From Gammaproteobacteria bacterium (GTDB lineage: Bacteria; Pseudomonadota; Gammaproteobacteria; UBA4575), in contig CBDEUS010000002.1 in NCBI GenBank assembly GCA_965243395.1, positions 256,001-320,000 on the forward strand: a DNA stretch of 64,000 nucleotides, in the 5' to 3' direction. The notes under the pieces were generated by a model. That model was not told the origin of the DNA. It worked only from the letters and a program-made list of their open reading frames with translations, and searched no databases. How positions within the stretch are numbered: position 1 is the stretch's first letter; each line of letters starts with the position of its first letter. This document shows positions 1-10,516 of this stretch, piece after piece. A program made the position numbers and the translations under genes.

Positions 1-91
1 CATAGCAGGGCGTGCCATATGCTTCTGCAACTTCATGCAAATTTACATTTTCGGCATGTAATACTTTATTACTATATTCAAATGCGCTCAT
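1..91 (-). CDS. lysA: diaminopimelate decarboxylase, 5' fragment (runs off window)
   Basis: Manual translation from ATG at 91: MSAFEYSNKVLHAENVNLHEVAEAYGTPCY, a typical LysA N-terminus (GTPxYVY); directly follows lptM as in Pseudomonas-type loci. Confidence 0.85.
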   Translation of the reverse strand, partial: MSAFEYSNKVLHAENVNLHEVAEAYGTPCY

Positions 92-158
92 GGCTGTGTG
101 CACCAAAAAAAATTAATCAACTATGGATACGTGTTTGTGAAAAAGGTTTCAAAAAGAA

Positions 159-311
159 TTAATTTTTTGATTTTTTCGCTTCGGATTCTGCTTGTTTTTC
201 TTTTTGTGGAATTTCGTTTTCTGGCAGATATAGATCCCCTGTTTGCCCACAAGAGACTATATGCAATGAAGCAATGATAAAAAACACAAGTAGATAGGGT
301 TTGAGTTGCAT
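159..311 (-). CDS. lptM: small lipoprotein, LptM/LppL/YifL family (50 aa, not in ORF track)
   Basis: Manual translation MQLKPYLLVFFIIASLHIVSCGQTGDLYLPENEIPQKEKQAESEAKKSKN*; signal peptide plus family motif CGQxGxLYLP; upstream of lysA. Confidence 0.85.
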   Translation of the reverse strand: MQLKPYLLVFFIIASLHIVSCGQTGDLYLPENEIPQKEKQAESEAKKSKN

Positions 312-405
312 CGTCGCTATACTCTTTCAAAACTGGTCGCTATTGTATAGACCATTCAGGCGACAAGAAACCTTAACGCAATAAAATCACAGGGGAATCA
401 AAACC

Positions 406-1068
406 ATGTCTCTGCAAGCAATTCAAATCGATACTCAAAATAATCCAAATTGTGCAGTTATTTGGTTACATGGGCTGGGTGCAAATGGCCATGATTTTGA
501 GCCAATAGTCTCCGAATTAAACCTGCCAGATTCGATACGTGCGAGGTTTATATTTCCACATGCCCCGGTACGAGCTGTCAGCTTAAATAGCGGTATCCAA
601 ATGCCTGCGTGGTATGACATTTACAGTCTGGAAATGGATAGCAAAGAGGACATACAGGGTGTAGAAAAAATCACACATGAAATACATGCCATGATTGATG
701 ATCAATTTCACCAAGGAATTGCTGTTAATAAAATTGTGTTAGCAGGTTTTTCTCAGGGTGGGGCATTGGCTTTGTATGCAGGTCTTACGTTTTCAAAAAA
801 ATTATCCGGATTAATGGGGCTGTCCTGTTATCTACCTTTACGTGATCAAATTGAAGAGGCATCCAAATTCGCATCACGTGGACTACGTATTTTTTTAGCG
901 CATGGAGAATATGATGATGTTGTACCGATGACGTATGCTCAGACTGCTAAAGAAATTTTAGAAGAGCAAAAATTTATTGTGCAATGGCACACCTACCCCT
1001 GTGCACACACGGTATGTGCTGAAGAGATTCAAGATATTCGCAAGTTTTTATTAGACTGTTGGCAGTGA
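406..1068 (+). CDS. phospholipase/carboxylesterase (alpha/beta hydrolase)
   Basis: WLHGLGA, GFSQGG nucleophile elbow, HGxxDxVV and C-terminal His. Confidence 0.9.
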   Translation: MSLQAIQIDTQNNPNCAVIWLHGLGANGHDFEPIVSELNLPDSIRARFIFPHAPVRAVSLNSGIQMPAWYDIYSLEMDSKEDIQGVEKITHEIHAMIDDQFHQGIAVNKIVLAGFSQGGALALYAGLTFSKKLSGLMGLSCYLPLRDQIEEASKFASRGLRIFLAHGEYDDVVPMTYAQTAKEILEEQKFIVQWHTYPCAHTVCAEEIQDIRKFLLDCWQ

Positions 1069-1071
1069 AGT

Positions 1072-2466
1072 TTAAACTAACTCTTTCATTCGCTGTTTAG
1101 CTAACTCGATTTGTTCTTTGACTCTTGCGGGTGCGGTTCCACCATAAGTATTCTTGGAGGCAACCGAACCATCTAGCGAAAGTATCTCGAACACATCTTC
1201 TGAAATAGATGGACTAAATTTTTGTAGTTCATCCAGTCTTAATTCATCCAATCTTTTATTCTGCTGAATAGCATACTTCACTGTTTTACCAACTACTTCA
1301 TGCGCGTCACGAAATGGAACTCTCTTTTGCACAAGATAATCTGCAAGGTCTGTTGCCGTGGCATAACCTTGTTGCACTGCATTCAATAACACTTCGCGGT
1401 TCACAGAAATATGCGGCAGCATATTCGCAAATGCTAGAACACAGTCGTGGACCGTATCTACTGTATCAAATAACGGTTCCTTATCTTCCTGATTATCCTT
1501 GTTATAGGCTAGTGGCTGACTCTTCATCAAAGTCAGTAAAGCAAATAAATTTGCGTACACACGCGATGTTTTACCGCGCACGAGCTCAGGCACATCGGGA
1601 TTTTTTTTCTGCGGCATAATAGATGAACCCGTACAAAAACGATCAGGCAATTCAATAAAATTGAATTGTGTTGAAGTCCACAGCACAAGTTCTTCTGCAA
1701 TACGTGAGAGATGTGCGAACAAGATTGCTCCGAATGCACAAAATTCGATAGCAAAATCACGATCGCTTACGGAATCTAAACTGTTATGACTTATAGACGC
1801 AAAATTAAGTTTTTCTGCAACAAACTCTCTATCCAATGCAAAACCGCTCCCTGCAAGTGCTGCAGAACCTAATGGCATGACATTGGTGCTAACCAGGCAT
1901 TGTTGTAATCGAGTTCGATCACGCTGAATCATTTCAAACCAAGCTAACATGTGATGCCCAAACGTAATTGCTTGTGCAACTTGCAAATGAGTAAAACCGG
2001 GCATGATGGTATCGCTTTCTTGTTCAGCAATTTTCAAAATAGCTTGTTGTAATGATTCAAGACGTGTATCGATCTCCTCGATTGCCTCCCTTAAATAAAG
2101 TCGCACATCTGTGGCCACTTGATCATTGCGAGATCGACCTGTATGAATCCGTTTTCCAGCTTCACCGACTAATTCTGTAAGACGCGCTTCGATATTCATG
2201 TGCACATCTTCAAGACTGGTTTTCCAATCAAATTTGCCTGCCTCTATCTCGGCTTCGATTTTATCAAGCGCTTCGAGCAATAAATCGCAATCTTTATCGT
2301 TGAGTACGCCAATATGCGCGAGCATTTGAGCATGTGCCCGCGAAGCAAGGATGTCTTGTTTAAAAAGTCGTTTATCAAATCCCACAGATGCGTTAAATTG
2401 TTCAACAAATTCATCTGTAGCTTCGGTAAAACGACCTCCCCATAATTTTGAATCCTTGTTACTCAT
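1072..2466 (-). CDS. argH: argininosuccinate lyase
   Basis: [27 protein letters not shown] signature. Confidence 0.98.
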   Translation of the reverse strand: MSNKDSKLWGGRFTEATDEFVEQFNASVGFDKRLFKQDILASRAHAQMLAHIGVLNDKDCDLLLEALDKIEAEIEAGKFDWKTSLEDVHMNIEARLTELVGEAGKRIHTGRSRNDQVATDVRLYLREAIEEIDTRLESLQQAILKIAEQESDTIMPGFTHLQVAQAITFGHHMLAWFEMIQRDRTRLQQCLVSTNVMPLGSAALAGSGFALDREFVAEKLNFASISHNSLDSVSDRDFAIEFCAFGAILFAHLSRIAEELVLWTSTQFNFIELPDRFCTGSSIMPQKKNPDVPELVRGKTSRVYANLFALLTLMKSQPLAYNKDNQEDKEPLFDTVDTVHDCVLAFANMLPHISVNREVLLNAVQQGYATATDLADYLVQKRVPFRDAHEVVGKTVKYAIQQNKRLDELRLDELQKFSPSISEDVFEILSLDGSVASKNTYGGTAPARVKEQIELAKQRMKELV

Positions 2467-2506
2467 CTTTCTGGTTCATACATTCCGCTAACATAATTAG
2501 GGGCGA

Positions 2507-2515
2507 AGTATAGCA
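2507..2515 (-). promoter_or_regulatory. extended -10 element of argH
   Basis: Minus strand TGcTATACT followed by GC-rich tcgcccc, 40 nt upstream of argH. Confidence 0.45.
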
Positions 2516-2569
2516 CTAGCTTACCTAGCCACATCGAAGCTTGATTCTCACAGTTGTTATAGAATAGTT

Positions 2570-3688
2570 ATGGTGAATAAATCCCAAGCAGACACTAAAA
2601 AAACTTCCAATAGCGAAAGAGAAGCTGGTGAACGCACTTTTCTTCCCGACTTTTGCAATGCCCGAATCATCTTTTTAGCAATATTAATCGCTCAGCTACT
2701 ATCATTAATCCTAACCTTAGCAGGAGGGCTTTCAAGACCTGATTTTTGGGTATACCTATCTCTGGTGTCATTGTTTGTCACCTTTATCGCTATCGGTAAT
2801 ATTCTGGTGTTGTGTGTCAGTCGCAGGTTCTTACAAAATTTACACCCTGCAGTCGCAGCTATTAGTTACTACGTACTGAGCTTAAGTATCACCTTGGTAG
2901 TGTCCATTGTTGGAATAATCGTCACGCCATCGGAAGCACTATGGGCTGCTTCCCCTGAAAATGTACAAAGAATTGGTCTGCTGCATATCCTCACCAGTGA
3001 TATTTTGATTCGTAATATGGCAATCAGCGCGATCGTGTCGGCTGTGGCATTGCGTTATTTTTATGTGCTGCATCAATGGAAAGCCAATATACAGGTAGAA
3101 GCACGCTCACGAATTCAGGCATTACAAGCTCGAATCCGGCCTCATTTTTTGTTTAATAGTATGAACACAATTGCAAGCTTGACGCATTCCCATCCTGATT
3201 TGGCAGAGAAGGCTGTAGAAGATTTAGCCGATTTATTTCGAGCCTCATTAGGCCACCAGGACAAAGTCACGCTACAGGAAGAGCTCAATTTCACGAAACG
3301 CTACATAAATATGGAGAAACTGCGCTTAGGGGATCGCCTAACTGTTGAATTAAAAATACAACAAGGTATAAGCTTAAACACCAAGGTTCCAGCCTTAATT
3401 CTTCAACCAATAGTAGAAAACGCAATTTACCATGGAGTTGAACCCCTCACTAAAGGTGGCACAGTTAATATAGACATTACTTCCACTCAGCACGATTTAC
3501 ACTTTACAATTAGCAACCCAGTTGGAGACATAAATATTGACCAAAAACGCCCTGGCAATAAAATGGCGCAAGAAAACATCAGACAGAGGCTACAATTAGC
3601 ATATGGTGATTTCAGCAGAATGGACATTCGCCATGAGCAAGGCTTTTATAAGGTTTCATTTAACATTCCTATCGAGGCAGATGTATGA
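2570..3688 (+). CDS. algZ: LytS-type sensor histidine kinase AlgZ/FimS
   Basis: LPDFC N-terminal motif, four TM segments, LQARIRPHFLFNSMN, LQPIVENAIYHG; argH-algZ-algR-hemC synteny. Confidence 0.88.
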   Translation: MVNKSQADTKKTSNSEREAGERTFLPDFCNARIIFLAILIAQLLSLILTLAGGLSRPDFWVYLSLVSLFVTFIAIGNILVLCVSRRFLQNLHPAVAAISYYVLSLSITLVVSIVGIIVTPSEALWAASPENVQRIGLLHILTSDILIRNMAISAIVSAVALRYFYVLHQWKANIQVEARSRIQALQARIRPHFLFNSMNTIASLTHSHPDLAEKAVEDLADLFRASLGHQDKVTLQEELNFTKRYINMEKLRLGDRLTVELKIQQGISLNTKVPALILQPIVENAIYHGVEPLTKGGTVNIDITSTQHDLHFTISNPVGDINIDQKRPGNKMAQENIRQRLQLAYGDFSRMDIRHEQGFYKVSFNIPIEADV

Positions 3689-4416
3689 AAATTTTGATCG
3701 TAGATGACGAAGCTCCCGCACGTGATCGCCTAGCACATATGCTAGGCAGCATAGATGATGTACAAACCGCTGGGGAAGCTAGCAACGGCATTGAAGCTGT
3801 AGAGATGGTGCAATCTACGCGCCCAGATGTGGTGCTCATGGATATTCGTATGCCTGGTATGGATGGCCTGGAAGCGGCACGGCATCTAACCGAAATGGAC
3901 GAACCCCCAGCCATTATCTTCACTACCGCTTACAGCGAGCATGCACTGGAGGCATTTGATACATCGGCTGTTGGTTACCTTGTAAAACCGGTGAGACAAG
4001 AAAAACTGGAAACTTCCATTGCACGCGCCAAAAAACTCACAAAAGCGCAAATCGCGACATTAAATACTGAAACTGACAGCCAAGGCCGAAGCCATATTTG
4101 CGCACGTATTCGTGGCAACCTTGAGTTGATTCCTGTCGATGAAATTCTTTACTTTCAAGCCGACCAAAAATACATCACTGTACGCCATTTGGGCGGTGAA
4201 GTACTGATAGAGGACGCACTAAAGAATTTAGAAAGTGAATTTGAAGGTAAATTAATTCGCATTCACCGCAATGCCTTAGTTAGTACACACTACATCAGTG
4301 GCATGGAAAAAAATCAGGATGGTCGCTTTGTGGTTACTTTCCGCGAGATTGAAGACCGACTTGAGATTAGTCGTAGACATGTCGCAGAAGTGCGTAAATT
4401 CTTGAAGTCTAGATAA
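3685..4416 (+). CDS. algR: LytTR response regulator AlgR
   Basis: Receiver domain (VDDE, DIRMP, YLVKP) plus LytTR domain (RIHRNALV, ISRRH). Confidence 0.9.
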   Translation: MKILIVDDEAPARDRLAHMLGSIDDVQTAGEASNGIEAVEMVQSTRPDVVLMDIRMPGMDGLEAARHLTEMDEPPAIIFTTAYSEHALEAFDTSAVGYLVKPVRQEKLETSIARAKKLTKAQIATLNTETDSQGRSHICARIRGNLELIPVDEILYFQADQKYITVRHLGGEVLIEDALKNLESEFEGKLIRIHRNALVSTHYISGMEKNQDGRFVVTFREIEDRLEISRRHVAEVRKFLKSR

Positions 4417-4477
4417 TTCGCCATTGTTCTAACAATTTGCACGTCTTGTTTATTAAGGCGTGCTATTTCTCCCGACA

Positions 4478-5395
4478 ATGGAATTAAGAATTGCAACCCG
4501 TAAGAGTGCGCTAGCACTTTGGCAGGCAGAAGAAGTTTCACGCTTGTTGCGTGAAGCACATGGCGATAGCCTTACCGTCAAACTCATCAAAATGACGACA
4601 ACGGGTGATCAATTATTACAAGAGTCACTCGCTACCCAAGGAGGGAAAGGTCTTTTTGTAAAAGAACTTGAGCGCGGATTATTAGAGCATGATGCTGATA
4701 TTGCAGTTCATTCCATGAAGGATGTGCCAATTGAGCTGCCTGATTCACTACATTTACCTGTTATTCTTAAACGTGCGAATCCATGTGATGCGTTCGTATC
4801 TAACACGTATGATGAGTTAGATACCTTACCTAAAAATGCAATTGTGGGCACATCAAGTTCACGACGTGCATGTCAAATTATGGCCTCGTATCCGCAATTA
4901 GAAATAAAATTACTGCGTGGCAATGTAAATACTCGTCTCACCAAATTAGACGAAGGGCAATATGATGCAATCATACTTGCCGTAGCAGGCTTACAACGTC
5001 TTGGATTTGATAAAAGAATACGCACACATCTCTCTATCGACATATCCCTACCTGCAATAGGTCAAGGTGCTATTGGTATTGAATGCCGTAAGGACGATAA
5101 AGAAATAGAAAAATTAATCGCACCTTTAAATCATAGTGAAACAAATATTTGTGTCTCTGCAGAACGCGCAATTAGTCAAAGTCTAGAAGGGGGTTGTCAG
5201 CTCCCTATAGCTGCATATGCACAACTTGATAGTGATGTGATCCATTTACGTTCTCTCGTAGGTATGCCTGATGGCAGTAAAATTTGTCGCAGCGAATCCA
5301 GCGGCCCAAAAACAAACCCAATAGAATTGGGTCGTGAAGTTGCTGCGGAGTTAGTTAGATTAGGAGCTAGCGATATTCTTAAAGCCTGTTCATAG
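4478..5395 (+). CDS. hemC: hydroxymethylbilane synthase
   Basis: LRIATRKSALALWQA, GKGLFVKELE, VHSMKDVP, LEGGCQLP; ATG at 4478 preferred over track start 4460. Confidence 0.97.
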   Translation: MELRIATRKSALALWQAEEVSRLLREAHGDSLTVKLIKMTTTGDQLLQESLATQGGKGLFVKELERGLLEHDADIAVHSMKDVPIELPDSLHLPVILKRANPCDAFVSNTYDELDTLPKNAIVGTSSSRRACQIMASYPQLEIKLLRGNVNTRLTKLDEGQYDAIILAVAGLQRLGFDKRIRTHLSIDISLPAIGQGAIGIECRKDDKEIEKLIAPLNHSETNICVSAERAISQSLEGGCQLPIAAYAQLDSDVIHLRSLVGMPDGSKICRSESSGPKTNPIELGREVAAELVRLGASDILKACS

Positions 5396-5563
5396 ATCTC
5401 AGGGGGATCGATATTGGCGAGACGCAAACAGCACATATTTAATATTTCAGCAGCCTATAGCGAACGAAATCCACGCAGAATGTTCTTATCCTTCCTGTGT
5501 AAAATCAATTTATAAATTATTTCGGTAAAATAAGTTAGCTACTTTTGATCAGCTGAGGGATTC

Positions 5564-6343
5564 ATGTCTGTAAACACTGCACTTGAAGGTAAAACAGTTG
5601 TCGTTACCCGCCCACTAGCACAGGCTCAGCAGCTGTTAGAAACTTTAGAAAGTCATCTAGCAACAACGGTACATTTTCCTGTCATTGAAATTCAACAAAC
5701 TGAAAACATAAATAATGTACAACAACAGTTTAATAACCTAGCAAATTTTCAGATTGTCATTTTTATTAGTGCTAATGCGGTGCATCATGCAATTTCATTG
5801 GCAAAAGAATTAAACATTACGTTTGAAAACTGTAAATTAGCAGCGGTAGGCCCTTCTACCAAGCGTGCATTAGAGAAGCATGGCTACAGGGTTGATATCA
5901 TTCCGCAAGTAAACTTTAATAGTGAAGCTCTATTAGAAGAGCCTTCATTAAAAAACATTGCTGGGAAGAGCATTCTAATAGTACGTGGGCATGGTGGGCG
6001 TGAATATTTGCGTCACGCATTAGAATCTCGTGGAGCAAATGTAGAATACGTCGAAGTGTATCAACGCAAACTCCCTGAAAATCGCAATACGATTAAATTA
6101 GAAAAATTACCCATAAATAACAGCTTTGTACTTTTATATAGCGTAGAGTCAGCACAAAATCTATGGTCACTTTGCACACCAGACGAACACGAATGGCTAA
6201 AGAAGGTCACGTTTATAATTGCAAGTGAACGAATAGCAGAAGCAACTACTAGGGTTGAGTATGTAAATAATTCTATAATAGCTGAAAATCCAAGTGATCA
6301 GGCGATGCTGGCAGCACTAATAGACCGATCCATAACCCAGTAA
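5564..6343 (+). CDS. hemD: uroporphyrinogen-III synthase
   Basis: VVVTRP, FISANAV, AVGPST, RGxGGRE; follows hemC. Confidence 0.93.
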   Translation: MSVNTALEGKTVVVTRPLAQAQQLLETLESHLATTVHFPVIEIQQTENINNVQQQFNNLANFQIVIFISANAVHHAISLAKELNITFENCKLAAVGPSTKRALEKHGYRVDIIPQVNFNSEALLEEPSLKNIAGKSILIVRGHGGREYLRHALESRGANVEYVEVYQRKLPENRNTIKLEKLPINNSFVLLYSVESAQNLWSLCTPDEHEWLKKVTFIIASERIAEATTRVEYVNNSIIAENPSDQAMLAALIDRSITQ

Positions 6344-6401
6344 GTGTTTCCAGACAGTGTCATTAAGACACTCTAGAATAAGAATATTGAGAAATTAGAC
6401 C

Positions 6402-7508
6402 ATGTCAGATAAACAACAAAATCCCAAATCTACTGATACAAACCCTTCATCAAATAATAATTCCAAAAAAAGTTCTGGAGGATTTGGTCGTTTTTTTGTT
6501 GCCTTATTAGCGTTACTTGCCTTGTTACTTTCAGGCACTGGTATCGTGATTGGGTATAAGGCTTGGTTGGATATGAATAAACGTTTGGATCAAGCAGCAG
6601 TGGACCGTCAATCAATCGCGCATGAAATCGCTACCATAGATGAAAGTATAAAATTACAAAGTTTCAAAAAACAAGTCGAGAACAACGTTGAACAAGTCAA
6701 TCAACAAGTTGATGATTTAGCAATTGAAATACAAAAACAAGCAGACGCCCAACAAGATATCAGCTTAACCACACAAGAAACCCTCGCGATTGTAAATCGT
6801 AGTCAACTAGGTTGGGGATTAAAAGAAGTTGAACATGTGTTGCGTATGGCAAACCATCGACTTCGCATTGAACGTGATGTTTCTGGCAGCATCACTGCGT
6901 TGAACGCTGCCAGCAACCGTCTTCATGAACTTAAAGATCCGCGCTTACTACCAATCAGAGAAACTATTTCTAAACAAATTGGGAAATTAAAAAACTTTCC
7001 TTATCCCGATTGGGTTGGTATTAGTTTACAGCTAGATAATCTTCTTGCGGGACTAAAACGAAACATTATTAAAAGTGCTAAGCATAAACAAGACAGCATG
7101 ACTGATAAAAATGAAGAACAAAAGAATAAGGAGAACCTCACTGGCTGGGAAAAACTTGTGGATGGTGTGAAAAGCTCAATTAACGATTCAATAAAAGTAA
7201 CCAAAGAAGAGCAAAGAATAAAAATGTTTATCAGCCAGCAAGAAAGTGAACATGCGTATGAGTTTTTACGTGGTAAATTACTTGGCGCAAAATATGCTGT
7301 TGCCAGCCGAGATGACGAAGCCTACCACCGTGAACTTGAAGCTGCACTTGCCTGGTTAGCCTCTGACGATACCTTGACAGGTAAAAGGGAAGTCATTGAG
7401 GAATTGGACGAACTTAATGGTATTAACTTAGAACCTGAATTACCGGACATTACCGAAGCAAATACTTTATTGTCAGAAATTGCTGCAAACATTGATAACA
7501 GTTACTAA
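6402..7508 (+). CDS. hemX: HemX family membrane protein
   Basis: One N-terminal TM, coiled coil, WxLxEVEHxLRMANxRL motif; hemCDXY synteny. Confidence 0.85.
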   Translation: MSDKQQNPKSTDTNPSSNNNSKKSSGGFGRFFVALLALLALLLSGTGIVIGYKAWLDMNKRLDQAAVDRQSIAHEIATIDESIKLQSFKKQVENNVEQVNQQVDDLAIEIQKQADAQQDISLTTQETLAIVNRSQLGWGLKEVEHVLRMANHRLRIERDVSGSITALNAASNRLHELKDPRLLPIRETISKQIGKLKNFPYPDWVGISLQLDNLLAGLKRNIIKSAKHKQDSMTDKNEEQKNKENLTGWEKLVDGVKSSINDSIKVTKEEQRIKMFISQQESEHAYEFLRGKLLGAKYAVASRDDEAYHRELEAALAWLASDDTLTGKREVIEELDELNGINLEPELPDITEANTLLSEIAANIDNSY

Positions 7509-7518
7509 TACTAATTAA

Positions 7519-8694
7519 ATGATTCGAGCGTTATTGGTCTTTATTTTCTTTCTAGCTGTATTCACAGCTGCTGTTTTTATTGTAATGCAAGCTCCAGGGT
7601 TTGCGAGTTTTACTTATGGTGATACTACTTATGAATTGCCATTAGTAGAATTTGTAATTGGGTTATTTGTTTTATTCACAATATTTTATATTTTAATTCG
7701 TTTATTTAGTTTGATTTTTAGTGCCCCTAAACGAATTCATTCAGCTATGGATCGTCGTCGTCATTACAAAGCACTAGGTGACACTCAACAAGGTTTAACA
7801 AAATATGTGCAGGGTGACTGGGCTCAGGCGGAAAAACTTTTATTGCGCGGTGCTGATAATTCATCAACTTCCGCTATAAACTATATTTGGGCAGCACGTG
7901 CTGCACATAAGCGCGGTGATTTTTCTGATCGTGACGCTCATCTTGCCTCTGCAAAAAAAGCTAGTCCCAATGAAACATCTGCCCTTGAAGTGCTGCAAGC
8001 AGAGCTATTATTAGAGCAACAAATGCCTGAACAAGCTTTGGCAAACTTAAACAAGCACAGTGATGCGATTCGTACAAATCCTAAAATTACGACCATGTTT
8101 GCGAATGCTTACGAACAACTGAAAGATTGGGAGAAATTAGCCGATATTATTCCGCAGCTTAAAAGTAGTAAAAATTTAGATGAAAGTTATTTTCATCAAG
8201 TAGAGAAACAAGCGTTAAAAGGTTTGCTTAGCAATAATCAAAGCGATGCTGAAAAAATCGGCGCAAAGTTCAAAGACTCATTGTTAGCCGATAAAGAACT
8301 CATTGTCGATTACGTTAATGCATTACGAATACAAGATAAACATGAGTTGGCTGAAAGTGTTGCCGCTTCCGCATTAAATAAGAATTGGTGCTCGATGCTG
8401 GTACGAGAATATGGTTTGATAGATTTAACAGATACCACTCAAGCATTAAATAACGTTGAAAAGTGGGCTGAGCAACATACTGATGATGCATATCTATACC
8501 TCACTTCTGGGCGTATCTGTATTAAAGCCCAACTTTGGGGCAAAGCTAAGGCATACTTTGAATCAAGCTTAAGCCGTAAACCGCTCGTAGAAACCTATGC
8601 AGAACTCGCCGCCTTACATGAACAATTAGGCGAAACCGATGAAGCACAACGTTGTACAAAAAAAGGTTTAAAAATAGCTGCCCGAAGTAATTAG
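7519..8694 (+). CDS. hemY: HemY family TPR membrane protein
   Basis: Two N-terminal TMs, GDWAQAEK, LWGKAKAYFESSL. Confidence 0.88.
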   Translation: MIRALLVFIFFLAVFTAAVFIVMQAPGFASFTYGDTTYELPLVEFVIGLFVLFTIFYILIRLFSLIFSAPKRIHSAMDRRRHYKALGDTQQGLTKYVQGDWAQAEKLLLRGADNSSTSAINYIWAARAAHKRGDFSDRDAHLASAKKASPNETSALEVLQAELLLEQQMPEQALANLNKHSDAIRTNPKITTMFANAYEQLKDWEKLADIIPQLKSSKNLDESYFHQVEKQALKGLLSNNQSDAEKIGAKFKDSLLADKELIVDYVNALRIQDKHELAESVAASALNKNWCSMLVREYGLIDLTDTTQALNNVEKWAEQHTDDAYLYLTSGRICIKAQLWGKAKAYFESSLSRKPLVETYAELAALHEQLGETDEAQRCTKKGLKIAARSN

Positions 8695-8856
8695 TATTTC
8701 AAAAACATTTTTTCTTAAATCATTAAAGTGACTACTATTTGTCACAGTAAGCTTGTAAATTTTCGGTGAGATTGACTTGAATATTTCGCTTGGCTTAAGT
8801 ATTTTGCGCTTACTAATTCAAACACTTTTCTATCTAGCCAAAATCCTATATTAGCA

Positions 8857-9354
8857 ATGTACCTTCGTCTCCTTATCGCCTTCCTTGTGTTATTCGTATT
8901 ATGGATACTTTTATCAGGATACTTTGGCACACTTTTACTATCACTTGGTGTACTGAGTTGTGCATTTGTTGCCTGGGTGTCAGAAAAATTCGGATTATTT
9001 AGCAGTGATTTTTCAACACTTAAACTCAATCTCAAAATTCCAGCTTTTTTACCTTGGTTCTTTATCGAAGTCGTTAAATCTAATATTGATGTAAGTTGGA
9101 GAATTTTACACCCCAAGCTTCCCATTGAACCTAATGTCATGACAGTTGATGCTTCTCAACATAGTGACCTCGCCACAGCAATCTATGCAAATTGCATAAC
9201 CCTTACACCAGGCACATATAGCCTGGATCTTGATGAAAACAGCATTGAAGTCCATTCGTTAACTCAAGCACTGGCAAAAGATTTGCAAACTGGTGAAATG
9301 AGCAGACGAATTTCTTTATTAGAGCCTAAATCAGCTAATAATAGATCAAGTTAA
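8857..9354 (+). CDS. mrpE: Mrp Na+/H+ antiporter subunit E
   Basis: ANCITLTPGT motif, VHSL. Confidence 0.9.
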   Translation: MYLRLLIAFLVLFVLWILLSGYFGTLLLSLGVLSCAFVAWVSEKFGLFSSDFSTLKLNLKIPAFLPWFFIEVVKSNIDVSWRILHPKLPIEPNVMTVDASQHSDLATAIYANCITLTPGTYSLDLDENSIEVHSLTQALAKDLQTGEMSRRISLLEPKSANNRSS

Positions 9355-9357
9355 TAT

Positions 9358-9627
9358 ATGTTTATCACGGCAACCGTCGCAATAATTATAGTAATGCTAT
9401 TAGTGCTCTTGCGAGCAGCATTAGGACCAACTGTGTTTGATCGAATTTTAGCAATTAATACTTTTGGTACTGTTACCGTGTTATTAATTGCCTTATTTGG
9501 ATTTTTGACGGGTCGCCCAGATTTTATGGATATCGCATTGCTGTATGCGTTGATAAATTTTATTTCAACAATAGCGGTATTAAAGCTCTTTCGTTATGGC
9601 AATTTAGGCGAGAGCTTCGACGAGTAA
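9358..9627 (+). CDS. mrpF: Mrp antiporter subunit F
   Basis: GPTVFDRILA, DIALLYALINF. Confidence 0.9.
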   Translation: MFITATVAIIIVMLLVLLRAALGPTVFDRILAINTFGTVTVLLIALFGFLTGRPDFMDIALLYALINFISTIAVLKLFRYGNLGESFDE

Positions 9628-9631
9628 TCAT

Positions 9632-9934
9632 ATGATATTAAATATTCTAGGCTGGTTCTTCCTCTTATCTGGAAGTTTTTTCTGCCTGGTTGGCTCAATA
9701 GGATTAATTCGCTTACCTGATTTCTATTCCAGGGTTCATGCTGCAGGTGTAGTGGATAGCCTGGGTGCGATTCTGATTTTGATTGGTTTAATCACACAAA
9801 CACAGGACTTCTTAGTTATCGTAAAACTTTTATTTATCCTTTTATTTATGATGTTAACCGGACCTACAGCCGTTCATGCTTTAGCGCGTTCAGCAAACAT
9901 TACCGATAAGGAAATGAAGTTACGTAACAAATAA
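9632..9934 (+). CDS. mrpG: Mrp antiporter subunit G
   Basis: GLIRLPDFYSRVHAAG, PTAVHALAR. Confidence 0.92.
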   Translation: MILNILGWFFLLSGSFFCLVGSIGLIRLPDFYSRVHAAGVVDSLGAILILIGLITQTQDFLVIVKLLFILLFMMLTGPTAVHALARSANITDKEMKLRNK

Positions 9935-9958
9935 TTTCATGCTTATTATTTAGCAATT

Positions 9959-10516
9959 ATGGACATCCAGACCATTGTAGATATTTCTCTGTTAACGCTG
10001 CTTGCCGTCACAGCGTTAATTTTACTGCGCTTAAACAACTTATTAGCCGCTGTACTCTTAAGCGGCATATACAGTCTTCTTTCTGCAGGGTTGTTTGTAA
10101 GCTTAGATGCAGTAGACGTTGCTTTTACAGAGGCCGCAGTGGGCGCAGGTTTAACGACGGTTTTACTACTTGGGGCGTTAGCAATAACAGGCCGGGAACA
10201 ATCCGTTAAGCGGCATAGCAGAATCCTGCCGATTGTGGTGACCACTGTTACAGCCGCTGCACTTATTTATGGCACGCTTGATATGCCTAAATTTGGTGAT
10301 CCTTTGGCACCCATTCATACACATGTTGCTCCACGTTATATTGAATTGAGTGGTGAAGAAATCGGGATTCCTAATATTGTCACTTCTGTGCTTGCAAGCT
10401 ACCGAGGCTATGACACTTTAGGTGAAGTAACAGTCGTTTTTACTGCTGCTATTGGCGTGATGTTATTGCTGGGTGGAGTAATAAAACAAAAATCCAAATC
10501 CAAAAAACATGAATAA
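9959..10516 (+). CDS. Mrp subunit B-related protein (DUF4040, equivalent to MrpA C-terminal part)
   Basis: AVDVAFTEAAVGAG and PNIVTSVLASYRGYDTLGE motifs. Confidence 0.85.
   Translation: MDIQTIVDISLLTLLAVTALILLRLNNLLAAVLLSGIYSLLSAGLFVSLDAVDVAFTEAAVGAGLTTVLLLGALAITGREQSVKRHSRILPIVVTTVTAAALIYGTLDMPKFGDPLAPIHTHVAPRYIELSGEEIGIPNIVTSVLASYRGYDTLGEVTVVFTAAIGVMLLLGGVIKQKSKSKKHE

Noticed and set aside
121-330. 69 aa minus-strand ORF in the track
   Set aside because: Shadow frame of the lptM-type lipoprotein at 159..311, which has a recognisable motif
8729-8760. gtgac-N8-gtcac palindrome and ttgtcac/ttgtaaa pair upstream of mrpE
   Set aside because: Spacing fits neither CRP (N6) nor the 11 bp Pho period; arms too short to support a call
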